Below, in pieces: positions 50,181-61,248 of a DNA stretch of 64,000 bases. The translations under genes and the position numbers were made by a program. Every line of letters starts with the position of its first letter. The first letter of the stretch is position 1. Under the pieces are notes generated by a model. It saw only the letters and a program-made list of their open reading frames with translations, made no database searches and was not told the origin of the DNA. The DNA comes from Candidatus Babelota bacterium (lineage in GTDB: Bacteria; Babelota; Babeliae; Babelales; Vermiphilaceae), in assembly GCA_049325595.1 (NCBI GenBank), contig JBMOLF010000010.1, positions 64,001-128,000 on the forward strand, written 5' to 3'.

Positions 50181-52353
50181 ATATTTTTGACATTGCAATG
50201 TCTTGATATTCCAACTGTTGTTCAAGAAAGTTTGCAGGCCATTCGGCATTAATATCTATTATAATACCTTTTGATGAAGTAACAGGAACAAGTCGGGGGA
50301 AAATCTCTGCAACTTCTTTTAATTCTCCTTGGATAGCTTGACGGTTCGATTTTAAAATGGTGATAAATTCTGGGTTGCGTACGCAGGATCCATATGTTTT
50401 CATTAAATTTTCAAGGGCAACGCCGTCGGCAGTTGATTTAATACGTTGTACTTCTATAGTTAAATCTTTAATGGCTTGCTTTGCTTTATTTATATCAGTG
50501 ATTCCAACATCAATTACGGTATGTGGTTTATTGCCAACATTAAATGTTTCTTGTACTATCTTGAGTCCGCCATGATCGAGCAAGTAATTTAAAATTGCGG
50601 TATTTGCTTGCGCATGTGCTTGTACAATTTCTGTAGCATGTTCTTTTTGCGAAAGCAAACGCCGTAATCCTTGTTGGGCCATGTGTGTTATAAACCATTC
50701 AATTAATTTTTCCCTGCCTATTTTTTTTGGCCAATCTTTGTAAACACCGGCTTGTGCAAGCTGGTCAAAATTATAAATGCTGGTATACAATGCAATAATT
50801 TCAGCGCGTAATTCTTCTAAGCCATCACTGTATTTACCTATAAATTCGTTGATGTTGGCTTTGGTAAGCTCTATTGTTTGACCTACTTTGTAGGTTTTAC
50901 CATCAATCATGAGTGGATCACCTTCAACAAACGTATGGTAAGCAAGTTTGCCACTACCATGCCCAAGTGTTTCGTGAAGCAGCGTGAGAATGTCCCATAA
51001 ATCGTTGTTCAACATGCCTTGAGGATCATGTTGTTCTAGCCAATCAGCATGTTCTTTGCTCATAAATAACCGTAATGCGAGCCCAGGGTTTAAAAGTTGT
51101 CCCAGACCCTTTCCTTGTTGATAGATTATTTGCTTTGAGCCGTATTGTGAGCGAATATCGTTATAATTTGGCAGACAATAAGCGGCAGTTATTCTTACCG
51201 GTCCTGCATCACCCGAACCAAAAAGTTTAGCATTCACCGAAGCATTAGGAAGGGCAGTTACATCGTGTAAATTTGACCGCATAAACTCGCTCGGGAAAGG
51301 AAGTTGCGCTTCAAGAGATGGTAACAGGGCATTAAGTGTTGCCATATCAACTACTTTGATAGTGACATCGGCTTCAAATGATCCGCGGTATTTTTTAGGG
51401 TCTTGGTATACTTCAACAAATCCAAAATTAAAATCAATACGACTATTTGTTTTTAGCCATTCGATTGAAAATTTTCTAAAATCCTCTTCATTGCCTGATT
51501 CAAGATAACGAATTAAATGTTCAAGGCTTGCAGGAATATGATTATCAAAAATAGTAGAATGTTGTACGGCGAAATTTTTAGCTTGGGTAAGCCAATAATG
51601 TGCTACTTCAAGCTCGGCAGAATATTTACCACCTATTTTGTAGGTTGCTGCCCGCGCAATTCGTTTGCCTGTCGCATTGTCTATGTATAAATAATTATTA
51701 AGCGCAGCACGTTCTTGTAGCGGTAGGGACATAAAATCATCTTCAGTAAAATCGGCGCTATAAAAATTGCCTGCGCTTTTTTCAATGCTGCCGCTTACGG
51801 TGAGTGTTGGTTCAATTGTAGCTACAAAAAGAGAATCATGTAATTGTGCAATGAGATCTGATGCATTTTTTTTGCCGATAGATTGTGCGGCTAGTATAAG
51901 ATTTTCTGGTGTGAGAGTTTTGAGATTAAGTCGTTCAGGTGTTCGCTTGTGATCTTCAAACTCTTTTAAAAAATATTGTCCATGATGAGCATGAAGATAC
52001 ACTAAAAATAATTGTGCTTCTTTTATAAATTGCTCTATTGTCTCTTTGTCGCTGAAAGAAATTAAATGTTTATTGCGTACAATCGTTTCAAAAAGATCAA
52101 TTAAATCCAAAGCATGTCGATGTACTTGATCTGCATAAATTTTATTTCCGGGCAAACTGGCCCGAAACATATAATAAGCAAAAATCCGTTCTTCAGGTTT
52201 TAAATTATTCCAAAGATCAGGTAGTTGGTCGTTATATTGTGTTGCTATTTCACTATATTGTTCGATTTTTGTTGGTGCTTTTTGCAAAGCAATTATGGTT
52301 TGAGCTGCGTGAAGAACAGTAGCGATCATGAGTGCTCCAATTATAAGATACAT
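50179..52353 (-). CDS. Dipeptidyl peptidase III (M49 family), secreted
   Basis: GFVEVYQDP, LPNY, HETLGHGSGK hexapeptide Zn motif, EELRAE, QAHAQA. Confidence 0.93.
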   Translation of the reverse strand: MYLIIGALMIATVLHAAQTIIALQKAPTKIEQYSEIATQYNDQLPDLWNNLKPEERIFAYYMFRASLPGNKIYADQVHRHALDLIDLFETIVRNKHLISFSDKETIEQFIKEAQLFLVYLHAHHGQYFLKEFEDHKRTPERLNLKTLTPENLILAAQSIGKKNASDLIAQLHDSLFVATIEPTLTVSGSIEKSAGNFYSADFTEDDFMSLPLQERAALNNYLYIDNATGKRIARAATYKIGGKYSAELEVAHYWLTQAKNFAVQHSTIFDNHIPASLEHLIRYLESGNEEDFRKFSIEWLKTNSRIDFNFGFVEVYQDPKKYRGSFEADVTIKVVDMATLNALLPSLEAQLPFPSEFMRSNLHDVTALPNASVNAKLFGSGDAGPVRITAAYCLPNYNDIRSQYGSKQIIYQQGKGLGQLLNPGLALRLFMSKEHADWLEQHDPQGMLNNDLWDILTLLHETLGHGSGKLAYHTFVEGDPLMIDGKTYKVGQTIELTKANINEFIGKYSDGLEELRAEIIALYTSIYNFDQLAQAGVYKDWPKKIGREKLIEWFITHMAQQGLRRLLSQKEHATEIVQAHAQANTAILNYLLDHGGLKIVQETFNVGNKPHTVIDVGITDINKAKQAIKDLTIEVQRIKSTADGVALENLMKTYGSCVRNPEFITILKSNRQAIQGELKEVAEIFPRLVPVTSSKGIIIDINAEWPANFLEQQLEYQDIAMSKI

Positions 52354-52401
52354 TTTTATCCAAGTGTAAAAGGTTGGCCGACGAATAACAAATCGACATG
52401 A

Positions 52402-53394
52402 TTAATTTTTTTGTGAATTTTCAAATAATTTTTTAAATTCGCTGTATCCTTCCTTGTCTAAATCCTCTAAAGGAATAAAGCGAAGAGCTGCAGAATTAAT
52501 GCAATATCGTTTACCTATCGGGGCAGGGCCATCATCAAAAACATGTCCTAAATGTGAGTTGCCGTTAGCGCTTTTTACCTCAGTGCGCACGATGGGTAGG
52601 GTGGTATCATCTTTGTAAATAATATTTTCAGCTATCAAAGGTTTAGTAAAACTTGGCCATCCCGTTCCTGAATCATATTTATCAAGTGAACTAAATAGGG
52701 GTTCTCCGGTAACAATATCAACATATATTCCCGGCTTTTTGTTATCCCAATATTCATTCTGGAAGGGTTTTTCTGTAACACTGCATTGCGTGACTTGGTA
52801 TTGCAAAGGAGTTAATTTTTTTTTTAGTTCTTGATCACTTGGTTTGTTAAATTTTTGCACCGGATTATGCCAAATTTTTTTCAAAAATTGATCACGGCCT
52901 GAACTTTGTCGATACAATTTATAGTGAGTAGGATTGTTTTGAGCATAATTTTGATGATATCCTTCAGCGAGATAAAACGTAGTATAAGGGAGTATTTCGG
53001 TTACAATTGGCTTATTAAATCTACCAGATTGATTTAAATTTTTTTTTGATTCTTCAGCTAACTTTTTTTGTTCTAGATTGTGGTAGTAAATTGCTGAACT
53101 ATAATGAGGACCCCGATCAATAAATTGGCCACCAGAATCGGTTGGATCGATTTGTTGCCAAAACGTATCTAATAATGTTTGATAACTAACTTTATGTGGA
53201 TCATAGGTAATTTGTACCGCTTCTTTGTAGCCTAATGATGCATAATTTTGATATGTGGGATTTTCTCCACTACCACCAGCATAACCAGCATAAACAGTTT
53301 CTACGCCAGATAATTGTTCAAATGGCGATTGCATGCACCAAAAGCATCCACCTGCAAAAGTTGCTACTTCTTTTTGTGAGAGTTGATTTTGCAT
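52402..53394 (-). CDS. msrAB: Bifunctional methionine sulfoxide reductase MsrA/MsrB
   Basis: [38 protein letters not shown]. Confidence 0.96.
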   Translation of the reverse strand: MQNQLSQKEVATFAGGCFWCMQSPFEQLSGVETVYAGYAGGSGENPTYQNYASLGYKEAVQITYDPHKVSYQTLLDTFWQQIDPTDSGGQFIDRGPHYSSAIYYHNLEQKKLAEESKKNLNQSGRFNKPIVTEILPYTTFYLAEGYHQNYAQNNPTHYKLYRQSSGRDQFLKKIWHNPVQKFNKPSDQELKKKLTPLQYQVTQCSVTEKPFQNEYWDNKKPGIYVDIVTGEPLFSSLDKYDSGTGWPSFTKPLIAENIIYKDDTTLPIVRTEVKSANGNSHLGHVFDDGPAPIGKRYCINSAALRFIPLEDLDKEGYSEFKKLFENSQKN

Positions 53395-53540
53395 TATGGT
53401 TCCATTTCATATAGATTTTTTGTTCTTATCAGCTTTGCAAAGTGATGTTGATATGCTCAATAGTTTTTACAGATTCATATTCTTGCACTATTTACATAAT
53501 TGCCTATGCTAGAGGTGGTTTTTTTAATTAGAGGTTTACT

Positions 53541-54308
53541 ATGAAAAAAATCATTCTTATTTTGATATTCTCTATCCATTCATTGATATCGGGTAATTAT
53601 TCGTTGTATGACATTAATTCACTTTCTGAAGTGATATCTTGTGTTGATAATAATACTTTAGTAATTTTTGATATTGATAATACTTTACTACACCCGGCCA
53701 CAGATCTTGGCTCTGATCAATGGTTTTATCATAAAGTACAAGAACTGATGCTCGATGGTATTGATCATCAAAAAGCTTTACAAGAAATGCTGCCTATCTA
53801 TTTTCATATCAATCACCATATACATTTAGTGCCTACCGAAGCTGATGCGTTAGAAATTGTAAAACAGATTCAACAAAAAACAGATTTTGTTATGTGTTTA
53901 ACAGCTCGTTCATTGTCTCTGATAAGAGTTACCCAGGAGCAATTGCGGAAAAATAATTTTAGTTTCAAATTGTTTGATTTAAAACATCATGAATTTCACC
54001 TTACGTATCCCTGTTGTTATAGTGATGGTGTTTTATTTTGCGCAAGTAACGATAAAGGAATAGCGCTGTTTGCATTACTTGATCATGTAGGATTTACGCC
54101 AGGTAAAATTATTATTATTGATGATAAAGAAAAAAATTTGCACGCTTTGATACATGCGGCACAAAAAAGAAAAATTCCATGCATTGGATTACGCTATGCC
54201 GGATGTGATCATCGAGTGGTGAACTTTGATAAGCATCGTACACAAGTTGAGTTTGAAGATTTTATTAGCAAACATCCATTGGCAACTAATTTAGGGGAGA
54301 ATAAATGA
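53541..54308 (+). CDS. Secreted HAD-like hydrolase (DUF2608-like)
   Basis: VIFDIDNTL, LTAR, KG, IIIIDD. Confidence 0.85.
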   Translation: MKKIILILIFSIHSLISGNYSLYDINSLSEVISCVDNNTLVIFDIDNTLLHPATDLGSDQWFYHKVQELMLDGIDHQKALQEMLPIYFHINHHIHLVPTEADALEIVKQIQQKTDFVMCLTARSLSLIRVTQEQLRKNNFSFKLFDLKHHEFHLTYPCCYSDGVLFCASNDKGIALFALLDHVGFTPGKIIIIDDKEKNLHALIHAAQKRKIPCIGLRYAGCDHRVVNFDKHRTQVEFEDFISKHPLATNLGENK

Positions 54309-54877
54309 TAAAAGATTTGTATTATGTCACGGGCAATCAGGGCAAATATGAAATGGTAAAAAATTATTTGGCTGCCTATGCATCGGTTACCATCAAAAAT
54401 ATCGATTTAGATTTATTTGAAGAGCAAACGTTGGACTTGCAAAAAATAGCCATTTCTAAAGCTGAGCAGGCGTGGTCAAAAGTGGGCAAGCCAGTTCTTG
54501 TTGATGATTCGGGAATTTTTTTTAAACAATATAATCAATTTCCTGGCGTAATGACAAAATTTGTTTTTCAAGCATTGGGGTTTGAGGGGTTGTTTCGGTT
54601 ATATGATGAAGGTGACGAAGCAGAATTTGTTACGTATCTTGGATTTAAAGTAAGCGATAGCCAAACAAAAATTTTTGAAGGATGTGTTAGAGGCACGCTT
54701 ATAAAACCACACAATTATGATAAGCAAACTGACCTGCCCTATCAGCATATTTTAGTTCCTTACGGCCAGGAAAAAACTTTATTTGAACTCACTAAAATTA
54801 TGGGTTATTCAGAATTTAATCCGCGTATTATTGCATTGCAAAAATTAATCGATTATCTAAAGCTTGATCAAGCCTAA
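54305..54877 (+). CDS. Non-canonical purine NTP pyrophosphatase (Ham1/ITPase family)
   Basis: YVTGNQGK, VDDSG, FPGVMTK. Confidence 0.9.
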   Translation: MIKDLYYVTGNQGKYEMVKNYLAAYASVTIKNIDLDLFEEQTLDLQKIAISKAEQAWSKVGKPVLVDDSGIFFKQYNQFPGVMTKFVFQALGFEGLFRLYDEGDEAEFVTYLGFKVSDSQTKIFEGCVRGTLIKPHNYDKQTDLPYQHILVPYGQEKTLFELTKIMGYSEFNPRIIALQKLIDYLKLDQA

Positions 54878-54945
54878 TTTTATTGACTATTTGTACAAAA
54901 AATATAAAGTTATACTATATCAAATTGGATGTGGAGGTTTATCCG

Positions 54946-55689
54946 ATGAAATTACTTTATATTACTCTTTTGATTGGTATTTATTCAGGTTTTCAAGCGA
55001 ACGGATCTTTTTTTAGTTCTCAATCAAACTATTTTGATTATAGCCAACCATTACCTGCTCATCTCAAACAAATACTTGATCAGAATTATCAACAGATAAA
55101 AGAGCATGCAAAACCATTGACTGGTGCTGTTACTTTTAAATTTTTACCAAATTGGTATGTAAAAAATAGCGCAGAAGCTCGTCTAAATGGTGCTAAAAAA
55201 TTAGCTGCTGCAATTCAAACTACTAATAAGAGTGATCTTTTTATTTTGCCAAGAAAATATCTTTATGAAGGTATAAACAATCGAACATATGCTATTGCCG
55301 AACATATTGAAAAAAAAGATGATATTTTCTCACAAGATGAGATAAAAGAAATAATACGAGTAGCAAAAAATAGTAAGTGGTATGATTGCCACTCAGGAAA
55401 CTTTTTTAGAACCCCATCTGGTAAAATAGCTATTATTGATACCGAAAGTAGTAATGCCGATAATATTACCAACGAATATGAATTGAAATTTATAATTGTT
55501 CATAAACTACTCACTAAAAGTAATCCAAAAATTTTTACTCCAGAAACAAAAAATTATTTAGAAAAAAAATATAAAGATTATATCGATTGGCCAAAAGATA
55601 GTCATATAGCCTATTTAAAAAAACGAAAAGATATTAAAAACCGATGTCAGCGTGTTAGTAATCAATTACATGAGTTTATGGGATTTTAA
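54946..55689 (+). CDS. Secreted protein with atypical kinase-like motifs
   Basis: GGAGG RBS, signal peptide, WYVK, IAEHI, DCHSGN, IAIIDTE. Confidence 0.65.
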   Translation: MKLLYITLLIGIYSGFQANGSFFSSQSNYFDYSQPLPAHLKQILDQNYQQIKEHAKPLTGAVTFKFLPNWYVKNSAEARLNGAKKLAAAIQTTNKSDLFILPRKYLYEGINNRTYAIAEHIEKKDDIFSQDEIKEIIRVAKNSKWYDCHSGNFFRTPSGKIAIIDTESSNADNITNEYELKFIIVHKLLTKSNPKIFTPETKNYLEKKYKDYIDWPKDSHIAYLKKRKDIKNRCQRVSNQLHEFMGF

Positions 55690-55710
55690 TTAACCAAAAT
55701 TTAACATATT

Positions 55711-55745
55711 AAAAAAGCGTACTGCAATTGGTACGCTTTTTTATT
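55711..55745. terminator. Bidirectional terminator
   Basis: AAAAAAGCGTAC-TGCAATTG-GTACGCTTTTTT. Confidence 0.88.
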
Positions 55746-55759
55746 GCACAAAATTTCAA

Positions 55760-56560
55760 TTATTGTTTGGTTGCACGGTAACGCTCAAGTTGAGTTTGAG
55801 GGTTATAATCTAACCACAATTTGCCTTTTAATCGATACCATTGATACATAAGCCAAGAACAACTACGTTTGCCCCAATGTATTTGTTTTTCCTTGATAGC
55901 GATCCAATTTTCAGATCCGATTTTATCAACGGCTGCAATTTCATTTTGGGTAATATCTTTATGTGTTTTAACAATGAATGCTGTTTTTGCTGCATATAAA
56001 GCGGCAAGATAACTGCCAATAATTAATGCTAATTTAGACTGTGTTGCTTTTTTAATATAAGGGGTTACCGTTTGGGTTAGAGCGCTTAACTCTTTTCTAT
56101 AGAGGATGCTTGCTATGCCAATTGTTGTCCATAAACTGAATTTTTCAAATGATTTTAAATGGTTCCATGCGTTATTTTTTGATAAAATTTCCGGATTGCT
56201 ATTGTTTTGAATGCGTTGTAATTGAACAGCAATCTCAGCAGCTTGTTCTTCTTCGGAAAGATAGAGAAAAAAATTAGGACGCAATAGAATGATTTTGTTG
56301 CCCACTTTTTTTACAAAACGATTCATTCTTGTTGCGGTATAAAACTGAACATCATTTTCAGTTAATCCAAAGTTTTGAAGTACGTTTTTCACTGCTTCTG
56401 GTAATTGATCGGTATAAGGCATTACTTCATTATATGAGTCATACAAGATTGCTTCATACGCTTTTTCATTACGATAATCTTGCTTGTAGTTATCATTTGA
56501 AGATGCTTCTTCTGTGTAAATAGCAAAAGTAGTAAGAAGTAACGCTAATAATAATTGCAT
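55760..56560 (-). CDS. Hypothetical membrane protein, loosely M48-like without HExxH
   Basis: AAGGAG RBS, signal peptide, two TM segments, LSEEEQAA, YNPQTQLER. Confidence 0.6.
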   Translation of the reverse strand: MQLLLALLLTTFAIYTEEASSNDNYKQDYRNEKAYEAILYDSYNEVMPYTDQLPEAVKNVLQNFGLTENDVQFYTATRMNRFVKKVGNKIILLRPNFFLYLSEEEQAAEIAVQLQRIQNNSNPEILSKNNAWNHLKSFEKFSLWTTIGIASILYRKELSALTQTVTPYIKKATQSKLALIIGSYLAALYAAKTAFIVKTHKDITQNEIAAVDKIGSENWIAIKEKQIHWGKRSCSWLMYQWYRLKGKLWLDYNPQTQLERYRATKQ

Positions 56561-56710
56561 GAAAAAACTCCTTTGATTTGTTGTAAAAAATTGTGGTAAC
56601 TCTAGCATATTTTGATAAATACACAACCGAGTAGCCATTCATCGAGTTTATAAATTAATTACCTATGTTACACTAAAAATATTCAATTGTTTGTTAATAA
56701 AGGATTAATA

Positions 56711-56917
56711 ATGCGTTATGCACAACCAAACTATTCTGGCATTCTCTATCTTTTGTTAGGTATTTTTCTTATTGCATGGTCAAGCGCTATTTTGCTCAGA
56801 ATTGCGGCATTTATTTGTGGCCTATTTTTAATTAACTCAGGGCTTAGTCTTTTAGGATATCGCAGCTTAACTTCATATGCATCTCCGTTATTTATGCGCG
56901 GTTTCAGAGGCTTCTAA
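56711..56917 (+). CDS. Small membrane protein
   Basis: AAGGA RBS, two hydrophobic helices. Confidence 0.65.
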   Translation: MRYAQPNYSGILYLLLGIFLIAWSSAILLRIAAFICGLFLINSGLSLLGYRSLTSYASPLFMRGFRGF

Positions 56918-56985
56918 TTTTAAATTTATTGCAACAATACTATAGGGCTTGTTAGGTTTTCTCAAACAAAGCAAGTGAGGTGCCT

Positions 56986-58182
56986 ATGAAAGCTGTTGTA
57001 TTTAAAGGAATTGGATCTATAGCTGTAGAAAATGTAGCTGATCCTGTTCTTGTCGATCAAAAAGATGCTATTGTGAAAATAACCACTAGTGCTATTTGTG
57101 GAACTGATTTACATTTTGTTCGTGGAACTATTGCAGGCATGAAGCCTGATACGGCCTTAGGACATGAAGCCGTAGGGGTTATTGAGCAGGTCGGTGATAA
57201 GGTTAAAGAATTTAAAGTTGGTGATCGGGTAATTGTGCCCTCAACTATTGGCTGTGGTATTTGTAGCTATTGTCAAAAAAAATTATTTGCTCAATGTGAT
57301 AATGCTAATCCTCATGGACCTCATGCAGGTACTGCTTTTTACGGAGGTCCAGCAGACAGTGGTCCTTTCCAAGGCATGCAAGCTGAAAAAGTACGTGTGC
57401 CATATGCAGATGTTAATTTAATTAAAATTCCCGACTCATTGACTGATGATCAAGTTATTTTGTTATCTGACATTTTACCAACTGCCTATATGGCGGTTGA
57501 AATGGTAGATGTTAAACCCACTGATTCGGTTGCTGTATTTGGCTGCGGTCCTGTGGGTCAACTGGTAATTTTATGCCTCAAGCAATTAGGCGTTAAAACT
57601 ATATTTGCGATTGATCGAGTGCCCTATCGTTTACTCAAAGCACAATCGCAAGGTGCTCATATTTTAAATTTTGATCTTGTTGATCCGGTTATTGAATTGC
57701 TTAAACTTACTAATAATCAAGGGCCCGATAGAGTAATTGACGCGGTTGGCGTTGATGCTGAGCGTCCGGTTTGGTGTACTCAAGAAGAGGCAAAAAAATT
57801 TGATGAAGAGGTACAAGAAGTTGCCCCAAAAACAAACATAAAAGATGGCAACTGGATTCCTGGCTCAGGTCCATCACAAGCACTTGATTGGGCCGTTAAG
57901 TCAGTAGCTAAATGTGGAACAGTTTCAATTATTGGCGTGTATGCGGATGCCTCAAAAAAATTTTTAATTGGCGATGCAATGAACAAGAATGTAGTAGTTC
58001 GCATGGGTAATTGTAATCACCGAGCTTATTTTCCAAAATTATTAGATTGGGTACAAAATAAACAGGTTGATTTAACTGCTTTTATATCTCATAAAATACC
58101 ACTTGATCAAGCTCTAGATGCTTATAAGCATTTTGATAAGCGCGAAGAAGGGTGGTTAAAAGTAGTTTTAAAAATTGTCTGA
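56986..58182 (+). CDS. Zinc-dependent alcohol/formaldehyde dehydrogenase (MDR family)
   Basis: ICGTDLH, GHE, CGICSYC..C, LSDILPT, GCGPVG. Confidence 0.95.
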   Translation: MKAVVFKGIGSIAVENVADPVLVDQKDAIVKITTSAICGTDLHFVRGTIAGMKPDTALGHEAVGVIEQVGDKVKEFKVGDRVIVPSTIGCGICSYCQKKLFAQCDNANPHGPHAGTAFYGGPADSGPFQGMQAEKVRVPYADVNLIKIPDSLTDDQVILLSDILPTAYMAVEMVDVKPTDSVAVFGCGPVGQLVILCLKQLGVKTIFAIDRVPYRLLKAQSQGAHILNFDLVDPVIELLKLTNNQGPDRVIDAVGVDAERPVWCTQEEAKKFDEEVQEVAPKTNIKDGNWIPGSGPSQALDWAVKSVAKCGTVSIIGVYADASKKFLIGDAMNKNVVVRMGNCNHRAYFPKLLDWVQNKQVDLTAFISHKIPLDQALDAYKHFDKREEGWLKVVLKIV

Positions 58183-58266
58183 TCTAACCCTAATTTTTAC
58201 AAAATGCTCAAATAAGGTAAACTTTTTAAAAAAACCGTGCAAATGTACTCTTTTGCGGTATTGATT

Positions 58267-59304
58267 ATGAAATATGGTTTATTGTTAATTTCGTTTATTG
58301 TAATGAAGATACATACAAAAAATGACTATGAATGGGTAAATTTAAATTCTTTGGCTATTCAAACGATTTTTTATCAAGGAATGCTTTCATCACAAGTTCA
58401 AGCAGCACGTTATACTAGTGAACAAGGTTTTATTGCAACCACTGGTGAACATGTGCATTGCAAGCATGGAATTGATATTATCAATAATCTCTATATTGGC
58501 GATGAAATAGACGAAGTAGTTCCTTGGCGTGCTCCGCACTACAAAAAATCTTTTTGGAAATCGATAAAAGCTCGTTTTCACAAATTAATAAGTCGCGCTG
58601 CAAATAAACGTGATGGTATTCATATTGTTGCTAATAGTAATGGTCCTAGTTTGCAAGCGCACATTGTTAAATTTAAAAAAGTTAATATCGCCCAAAACAA
58701 TGATTTAGTTAATCACAAACACAAATACGAGTTATGCTGCAAAGAATTTCCAGAACAAAAATTGGGCTTTTTTGGTGTTTCGCGAGGTGCCGCAACTACG
58801 TTTATTGCATTGGCTTGTAATAACTATGATTTATCAAAAATCAAGTTTGTTATTCTCGAAGGCTGTTTTGATGCGATTGAGCATTTAATTAAATTGCGTG
58901 TGCCGGTTCTTGGAAGCTACGGGTGGAGTAGAACGTTGCTCAATAAACTATTGTATTCAGTTTTTGGTGATTATCGTTTTGATGGAATCAGCCCATTATC
59001 AGTTGTTGAGCAATTTCCTCATTCTATTCCTGTGCTTTTTGTTACCTCAAAAAAAGATAAAAATGTGCCTTATGAATCTACTATGAACTTAGCCCATCAT
59101 CTTGCTAAATCGGGCCATCCACATGTTTATGTTTTAGTGCTCTCAAATTCGGGGCATAATGGCTATTATAAAGATAGTCTTGATGACCGATATCTTTACC
59201 GATGCTGCGTTCATGCTTTTTACAAAAAACTCAATTTACCTCATATTCCTTTCTATGCTGAACAAGGTAAAGAGTTGTTAAATTCATGCAAATTAAACGT
59301 CTAA
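58267..59304 (+). CDS. Secreted alpha/beta hydrolase
   Basis: GVSRG nucleophile elbow, KDKNVP, SGHN. Confidence 0.8.
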   Translation: MKYGLLLISFIVMKIHTKNDYEWVNLNSLAIQTIFYQGMLSSQVQAARYTSEQGFIATTGEHVHCKHGIDIINNLYIGDEIDEVVPWRAPHYKKSFWKSIKARFHKLISRAANKRDGIHIVANSNGPSLQAHIVKFKKVNIAQNNDLVNHKHKYELCCKEFPEQKLGFFGVSRGAATTFIALACNNYDLSKIKFVILEGCFDAIEHLIKLRVPVLGSYGWSRTLLNKLLYSVFGDYRFDGISPLSVVEQFPHSIPVLFVTSKKDKNVPYESTMNLAHHLAKSGHPHVYVLVLSNSGHNGYYKDSLDDRYLYRCCVHAFYKKLNLPHIPFYAEQGKELLNSCKLNV

Positions 59305-59446
59305 TTATTCAAAAACGGTTATTTTTTTGATAAACTGCGAAAATTCGGCCTTTGCTTGATCCAAATAGAAACTTTTATTGACTTTGTTTTGTATTGAGCT
59401 ATTCTGATAGTAGATTTAAAAACGAAATTTAATGGAGGAAATTCGT

Positions 59447-60193
59447 ATGAAATCTATAAAAACAATATCTTTATCATTGTTGTCATTGGTTGTGGTTGGT
59501 TCACAGCTTAATGCAATGAATATTCCAACCAAAGTTGGACCACATGCAACATTTATTGCTCGCATTACACCTAAAAGACAACCGGTTAATTTTTTTGCAC
59601 CGGTGGTAAATGTTGAACCTGCTATTAATGTTGAAGATCCATATGCGATCGCAACACAGCAAGAATTATTAGATCAATCGGCAGGATTACCTGCGCAAGA
59701 AGTTGTAGCCTCAGTATCATTTGCACAACGTGCACAACAATTTGCAAAAAATGCTTTTAATGCTGCATCTGAAAAAGCACAAACTTTTAAAACAGCAGTA
59801 GCTGAAAAAGCAAAAAATGCTTATAACAGTGAAATGGTTCAAAAAGGTTTTGCAAAATTAGCAAACGTACATGAATTTGCAGTAACACAAGGTAAAGTTG
59901 TTGCAGCTAAGGTATCTGAAAAAGCAACCCAAGCTATGGAATTTGTAAAAGAAAATCCAAAATTAGTTGCTGGTGTAGCAGCTGGTTTAATTGCTACTTA
60001 TGGTGTATACAAAGTTGTTACTGATTTGCTTAAGCAAAGAGACAGCGATGTTGTTGTAGATGAAAAAAAAGAACAACATTTTAGTGAATTAACTCCCGAA
60101 GAAGCTCAGAAGCTTATAGGTATGGGTAATGGCATGGAAGAATCTATCATAGATCCAGAACATGCAGCACAAATGGAAGCAAATAGACAATAA
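59447..60193 (+). CDS. Secreted/membrane protein with Ala/Lys-rich helices and C-proximal TM
   Basis: GGAGG RBS, signal peptide, KENPKLVAGVAAGLIATYGVYK. Confidence 0.8.
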   Translation: MKSIKTISLSLLSLVVVGSQLNAMNIPTKVGPHATFIARITPKRQPVNFFAPVVNVEPAINVEDPYAIATQQELLDQSAGLPAQEVVASVSFAQRAQQFAKNAFNAASEKAQTFKTAVAEKAKNAYNSEMVQKGFAKLANVHEFAVTQGKVVAAKVSEKATQAMEFVKENPKLVAGVAAGLIATYGVYKVVTDLLKQRDSDVVVDEKKEQHFSELTPEEAQKLIGMGNGMEESIIDPEHAAQMEANRQ

Positions 60194-60211
60194 GAACTTC
60201 TTTGAAGATGT

Positions 60212-60240
60212 AATCCCTCTCTTACGAGAGGGATTTTTTA
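60212..60240 (+). terminator. Intrinsic terminator
   Basis: AATCCCTCTC-TTAC-GAGAGGGATT then T run. Confidence 0.9.
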
Positions 60241-60331
60241 TGCAAAAAATTGAATAAAAATTGTTTGTTTAATTTGCTATTTTCGCCCGATATGATATTC
60301 TATTAGTAATAAATTTGTGGAGGTTAAAACT

Positions 60332-61093
60332 ATGAAAATATTACAATCAATTATAATAGGTTTAGCTGTTTTGGTGGGCTCAGCTCAAGCAGATTGGACT
60401 TCTGTTAAATTTATCGATCGCGTAAATACCGCGGTTAAAAATGGCAATGTTGGTCCTCAATGGGTACCAGTTGCTCCAAAAATTAATCCAGCGCCGTCTG
60501 GTTGGACCTCGCCTAAGTTTATTGACCGTGTAAATGCGTGGCAAGAACGTATGCCAAAGCGTGAACTTACATCGGTAACTGAAGTTATTCAACCGAAAGA
60601 AATTGTATCAATGCAGCAAGAAGCGGTTAATTTTACAGAAGTTGAAAAAAATTCATTAGCTGAAAAAGCAAAATGGCTTGTTAATAACGCAAAAGATGTT
60701 GCTTCTAACTTGATTAAAAATGTATACGATAATGCAACAATGCAAAATGTATTAACAAAAGCTCAGGATAACAAAAAAGTTATTACTGGTGTTGCTCTTG
60801 GTGCAGCAGTGTTGTATGGTGGTTATAAATTATATTCATATATAACAAAACCAAGTAAATCTATTGTTTATGACACTGACAATAATGCACAAGAAGAGGC
60901 ATTTCAAAAGAGGTACGAACAATTAACTCACAAGCAAGAAGTGGTATCAAGTAATAAAGCTACCCAAATTGTGAGTTCTATGAATCAACAAGCGCAAATG
61001 CCAGCTATGATGAAAAATGTGAATGGTATACTCACAGAACAATCACGTTTGCAAAACTATCATGCAAAACCGAGTAATGTAAAATTATTTTAA
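60332..61093 (+). CDS. Secreted/membrane protein, paralog-like of 59447..60193, with internal repeat
   Basis: GGAGG RBS, signal peptide, WTSxKFIDRVN twice, ITGVALGAAVLYGGYK. Confidence 0.8.
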   Translation: MKILQSIIIGLAVLVGSAQADWTSVKFIDRVNTAVKNGNVGPQWVPVAPKINPAPSGWTSPKFIDRVNAWQERMPKRELTSVTEVIQPKEIVSMQQEAVNFTEVEKNSLAEKAKWLVNNAKDVASNLIKNVYDNATMQNVLTKAQDNKKVITGVALGAAVLYGGYKLYSYITKPSKSIVYDTDNNAQEEAFQKRYEQLTHKQEVVSSNKATQIVSSMNQQAQMPAMMKNVNGILTEQSRLQNYHAKPSNVKLF

Positions 61094-61118
61094 AAAGTAT
61101 AACTCTATTACTATATTT

Positions 61119-61160
61119 AAAAAGGCATGTTGTTGTTAAATCAGTGACATGCCTTTTTGT
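61119..61160 (+). terminator. Intrinsic terminator
   Basis: AAAAAGGCATGT...ACATGCCTTTTT. Confidence 0.8.
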
Positions 61161-61248
61161 TTTTTTCTACCTGGACAATTTTAGAAATATTGGTAGATTT
61201 ATACGCAGTTTATAATCTTCAATATATTTACTACATGGAGTCTTTCGT

